A model generated the notes under the pieces. That model made no database searches and was not told where the DNA came from. It was given only the letters and a program-made list of their open reading frames with translations. DNA of 64,000 bases, taken from an uncultured Bacteroidota bacterium. Its GTDB lineage: Bacteria > Bacteroidota > Rhodothermia > Rhodothermales > Salinibacteraceae. The DNA lies in assembly GCA_937127285.1 (NCBI GenBank), contig CAKZLV010000055.1:159-64158 (forward strand), given 5' to 3'. Shown piece by piece: positions 62,043 to 64,000 of the stretch (within the stretch, counting starts at the first letter, position 1; the number at the start of each line of letters is the position of its first letter). The translations under genes were made by a program, and so were the position numbers.

Positions 62043-64000
62043 ATGTCCCTCCCTTCCCCCGGCGACGTCGTGGACGGCTACCGGCTCGATGCCGTCATCG
62101 GGCGCGGCGGAATGGGAACCGTCTACCGGGGCACCGACCTGGCGCTCGACAAAACCGTAGCCGTGAAGGTGGTGGCGGCCGACCTGGCAAGCGATCCCAA
62201 ATTCGTCGACCGCTTTCGGGTGGAGGCGCAGGCACTCGCCCGGCTGGACCATCCCGGCATCGTGCGCGTCCTCGCCTTCCGCGAGGTGCAGGGCGTCCTC
62301 GCCCTCGTGATGGAGCACGTCTCCGGCCCCTCCCTCGCCGCCTTCATCGCCCGGCACGCCCCGCTCGCGCCCGCCCGCGCCCTCCCGCTCTTTCGCCGCG
62401 TCGCCGCGGCGGTTCGGCACGCCCACGACGAGGGGGTTCTGCACCGAGATCTGAAGCCGAGCAACATTCTCCTCACGCCCGACGGGCAGCCCAAAATCAC
62501 CGACTTCGGCCTGGCGCGCATCCTCGCCCTCGACGACCGGCTGACGTCAACCCACGAGCGGGCCGGGACCACCGCCTACATGGCTCCGGAGCAAATCCGG
62601 GGACTGCGCAACACCGGGCCGCCCACCGATCTGTTCGCCCTCGGACTTCTCTTCTACGAGGTCCTCACCGGCCGCCTGCCGTACTCGTTGTCGGGCGGAT
62701 CGTTTGAGATCCAGCGGCGGATCTTAGAATCCGACTTTCCTCCTCCGTCGGCTTTCGCCGCCGACCTGCCGCCGGCGCTGGACGAACTCGTGGAGGACCT
62801 GCTGATCAAGGATCCGGAGCACCGCCTCGACGATCCCGATGCCCTGGTCCGACGGCTCGAGGGCGTGCAGACGTCCGGTACCTCGCCGCTCCCCCTGTTT
62901 CCCGCCGACCGTCGAGAGGGGCTGTTCCCGTCCGGGCCCCGCCGCTGGAGCTGGATTGTGGGCGGCACGATGGGGGTGGCCCTGGTGCTCCTGGCCGGCC
63001 TCTTCGTCTTCCTGCCCAACAGCCCACCGCCGGATACCGTTCTGGACGTGGACACCGAGCCGCCGGGGGCGCGCGTGAGCGTCAACGGCGTCTCGATCGG
63101 CGAAACGCCGATCCGTCAAGCCCATTCGGGGGACGACACGCTGCGCGTCGTTGTGGAAAAGGAGCCGTATGCGCGTCTTGACACCCAGCTCGTCGGGCCC
63201 GGTTCACTTCGCCTCTCCGCCCGGCTCGTTGCCGCGGAGGCCTCGCCCCCGGATACGTCCGCCCGCCTCTCCGCCCGCCCGCCGGCGTCGGATCCGGATC
63301 CCGCATCCCGCAGCCCCGCTCGTTCCTCGCCGGCCGTCTCCGCACCCCCCGAGCGCGCTGCCTCCTCGCGCCTCGCCCCGCCTGCATCGACGCCCCCCTC
63401 CGATCGCCGCGCGACGAACCGCGGACGCCTGATCGTTGACACCACCCCGCCCGGTGCCGCGGTAACCGTCGACGGAGAAGCGGTCGGGCAGACCCCCGTC
63501 TCGATCCTGCGGACCGCCCGCGAACACTCCGTCCACATCCAGCATCCCGGCTATCAGCCAATCCGCACCACCGTGCGCGTCCGGCCGGGGGACACAACCG
63601 TGCTGCGGCGCGCGCTCTCCCCCCGTCGCGGCACGCTGCAGCTACGCATCACCCCGGCAGCGGATGTGTACCTAAACGGTTCGTTGGTTGCGCAAAATAC
63701 CCGCACCGTCACGGCCGACACCCTCTCTCCGGGCCCGTCCCGCGTGACGGTGGTTTCGCCCCAGGGGCGGTGGGAAGAGCGCCTCACGATCCGACCCGGG
63801 GACGAAACGCAACGCATTGTCGACTTCCGCCGGCAGGTCGACGTCACCGTCGTGACGCAGACCCCCACCGGAACGCCGATTCCCCACGCCACGCTCCGGG
63901 TCGATGGAATCCGGCGTGGATACACGCCGCAACGGCTCTCCGTCGGCATCGGGCAGCGCGTCTTCCGCGTCGAGCAGGAGGGCTACACGCCGGCGGAACG
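62043..64000 (+). CDS. Hanks-type Ser/Thr protein kinase with a TM segment and C-terminal PEGA domains (partial, runs off the window)
   Basis: This is my own translation; the ORF is absent from the track because it has no stop in the window. It shows GRGGMGTVY, VAVKV, HRDLKPSNILL, DFGLAR and YMAPE, then a TM helix (WIVGGTMGVALVLLAGLFVF). PEGA-like repeats follow (VDTEPPGARVSVNG, VDTTPPGAAVTVDG). Confidence 0.85.
   Translation, partial: MSLPSPGDVVDGYRLDAVIGRGGMGTVYRGTDLALDKTVAVKVVAADLASDPKFVDRFRVEAQALARLDHPGIVRVLAFREVQGVLALVMEHVSGPSLAAFIARHAPLAPARALPLFRRVAAAVRHAHDEGVLHRDLKPSNILLTPDGQPKITDFGLARILALDDRLTSTHERAGTTAYMAPEQIRGLRNTGPPTDLFALGLLFYEVLTGRLPYSLSGGSFEIQRRILESDFPPPSAFAADLPPALDELVEDLLIKDPEHRLDDPDALVRRLEGVQTSGTSPLPLFPADRREGLFPSGPRRWSWIVGGTMGVALVLLAGLFVFLPNSPPPDTVLDVDTEPPGARVSVNGVSIGETPIRQAHSGDDTLRVVVEKEPYARLDTQLVGPGSLRLSARLVAAEASPPDTSARLSARPPASDPDPASRSPARSSPAVSAPPERAASSRLAPPASTPPSDRRATNRGRLIVDTTPPGAAVTVDGEAVGQTPVSILRTAREHSVHIQHPGYQPIRTTVRVRPGDTTVLRRALSPRRGTLQLRITPAADVYLNGSLVAQNTRTVTADTLSPGPSRVTVVSPQGRWEERLTIRPGDETQRIVDFRRQVDVTVVTQTPTGTPIPHATLRVDGIRRGYTPQRLSVGIGQRVFRVEQEGYTPAE

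Noticed and set aside
61508-62707. 399-aa plus-strand ORF overlapping the kinase region
   Set aside because: It is in the wrong frame. The +1-shifted frame starting at 62043 gives all the Hanks kinase motifs and continues open to the window end, while this frame is Arg/Pro-rich.

Overview
This is a high-GC bacterial chromosomal segment, roughly two-thirds G+C by eye. The predicted proteins are markedly acidic. The gene content and the photoactive-yellow-protein sequence are what I would expect from a Salinibacter-like extreme halophile, but that is recognised from memory, not from a search. I can support about 50 protein-coding genes, one tRNA-Thr(CGT) with an intrinsic terminator, no rRNA, no CRISPR array and no intact transposase or prophage. 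Because of the GC content the six-frame track is full of long antisense ORFs. I kept only ORFs with recognisable family motifs or convincing composition, and I trimmed starts to the first plausible ATG.

Housekeeping genes include uvrA, hrpB, rlmD, msrA, comF, an M32 carboxypeptidase, a prolyl oligopeptidase and an osmoprotectant ABC transporter. Accessory or regulatory content includes:
- an ECF sigma / FecR / TonB-receptor triad;
- a VapBC-like toxin-antitoxin pair;
- a Uma2 endonuclease;
- a truncated recombinase-like gene;
- a comA / PrpD-like / N-acyltransferase / PlsC-like lipid cluster;
- a wax-ester synthase / phasin / SCP2-like trio;
- an orphan egtD;
- a DUF3524 (GTDC1-like) glycosyltransferase.

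The most interesting region is 51.2-64 kb. It holds a complete PYP photoreceptor locus (pyp, p-coumarate ligase, tyrosine ammonia-lyase), preceded by a large multi-PAS/GAF histidine kinase. Between the kinase and pyp sits a 559-aa protein I do not recognise as described. It has six copies of a ~24-aa helical repeat fused to a PYP-like domain whose chromophore-binding Cys is replaced by Ala.

Other unexplained structure:
- short tandem repeats of 8-19 nt period in many intergenic spacers;
- a 40-bp-period minisatellite plus a 34-nt perfect palindrome downstream of uvrA;
- G-quadruplex-type arrays bracketing one gene;
- a low-GC ~0.8 kb cassette with perfect 16-bp terminal inverted repeats that carries a four-helix-bundle (rRNA-IVS type) gene.
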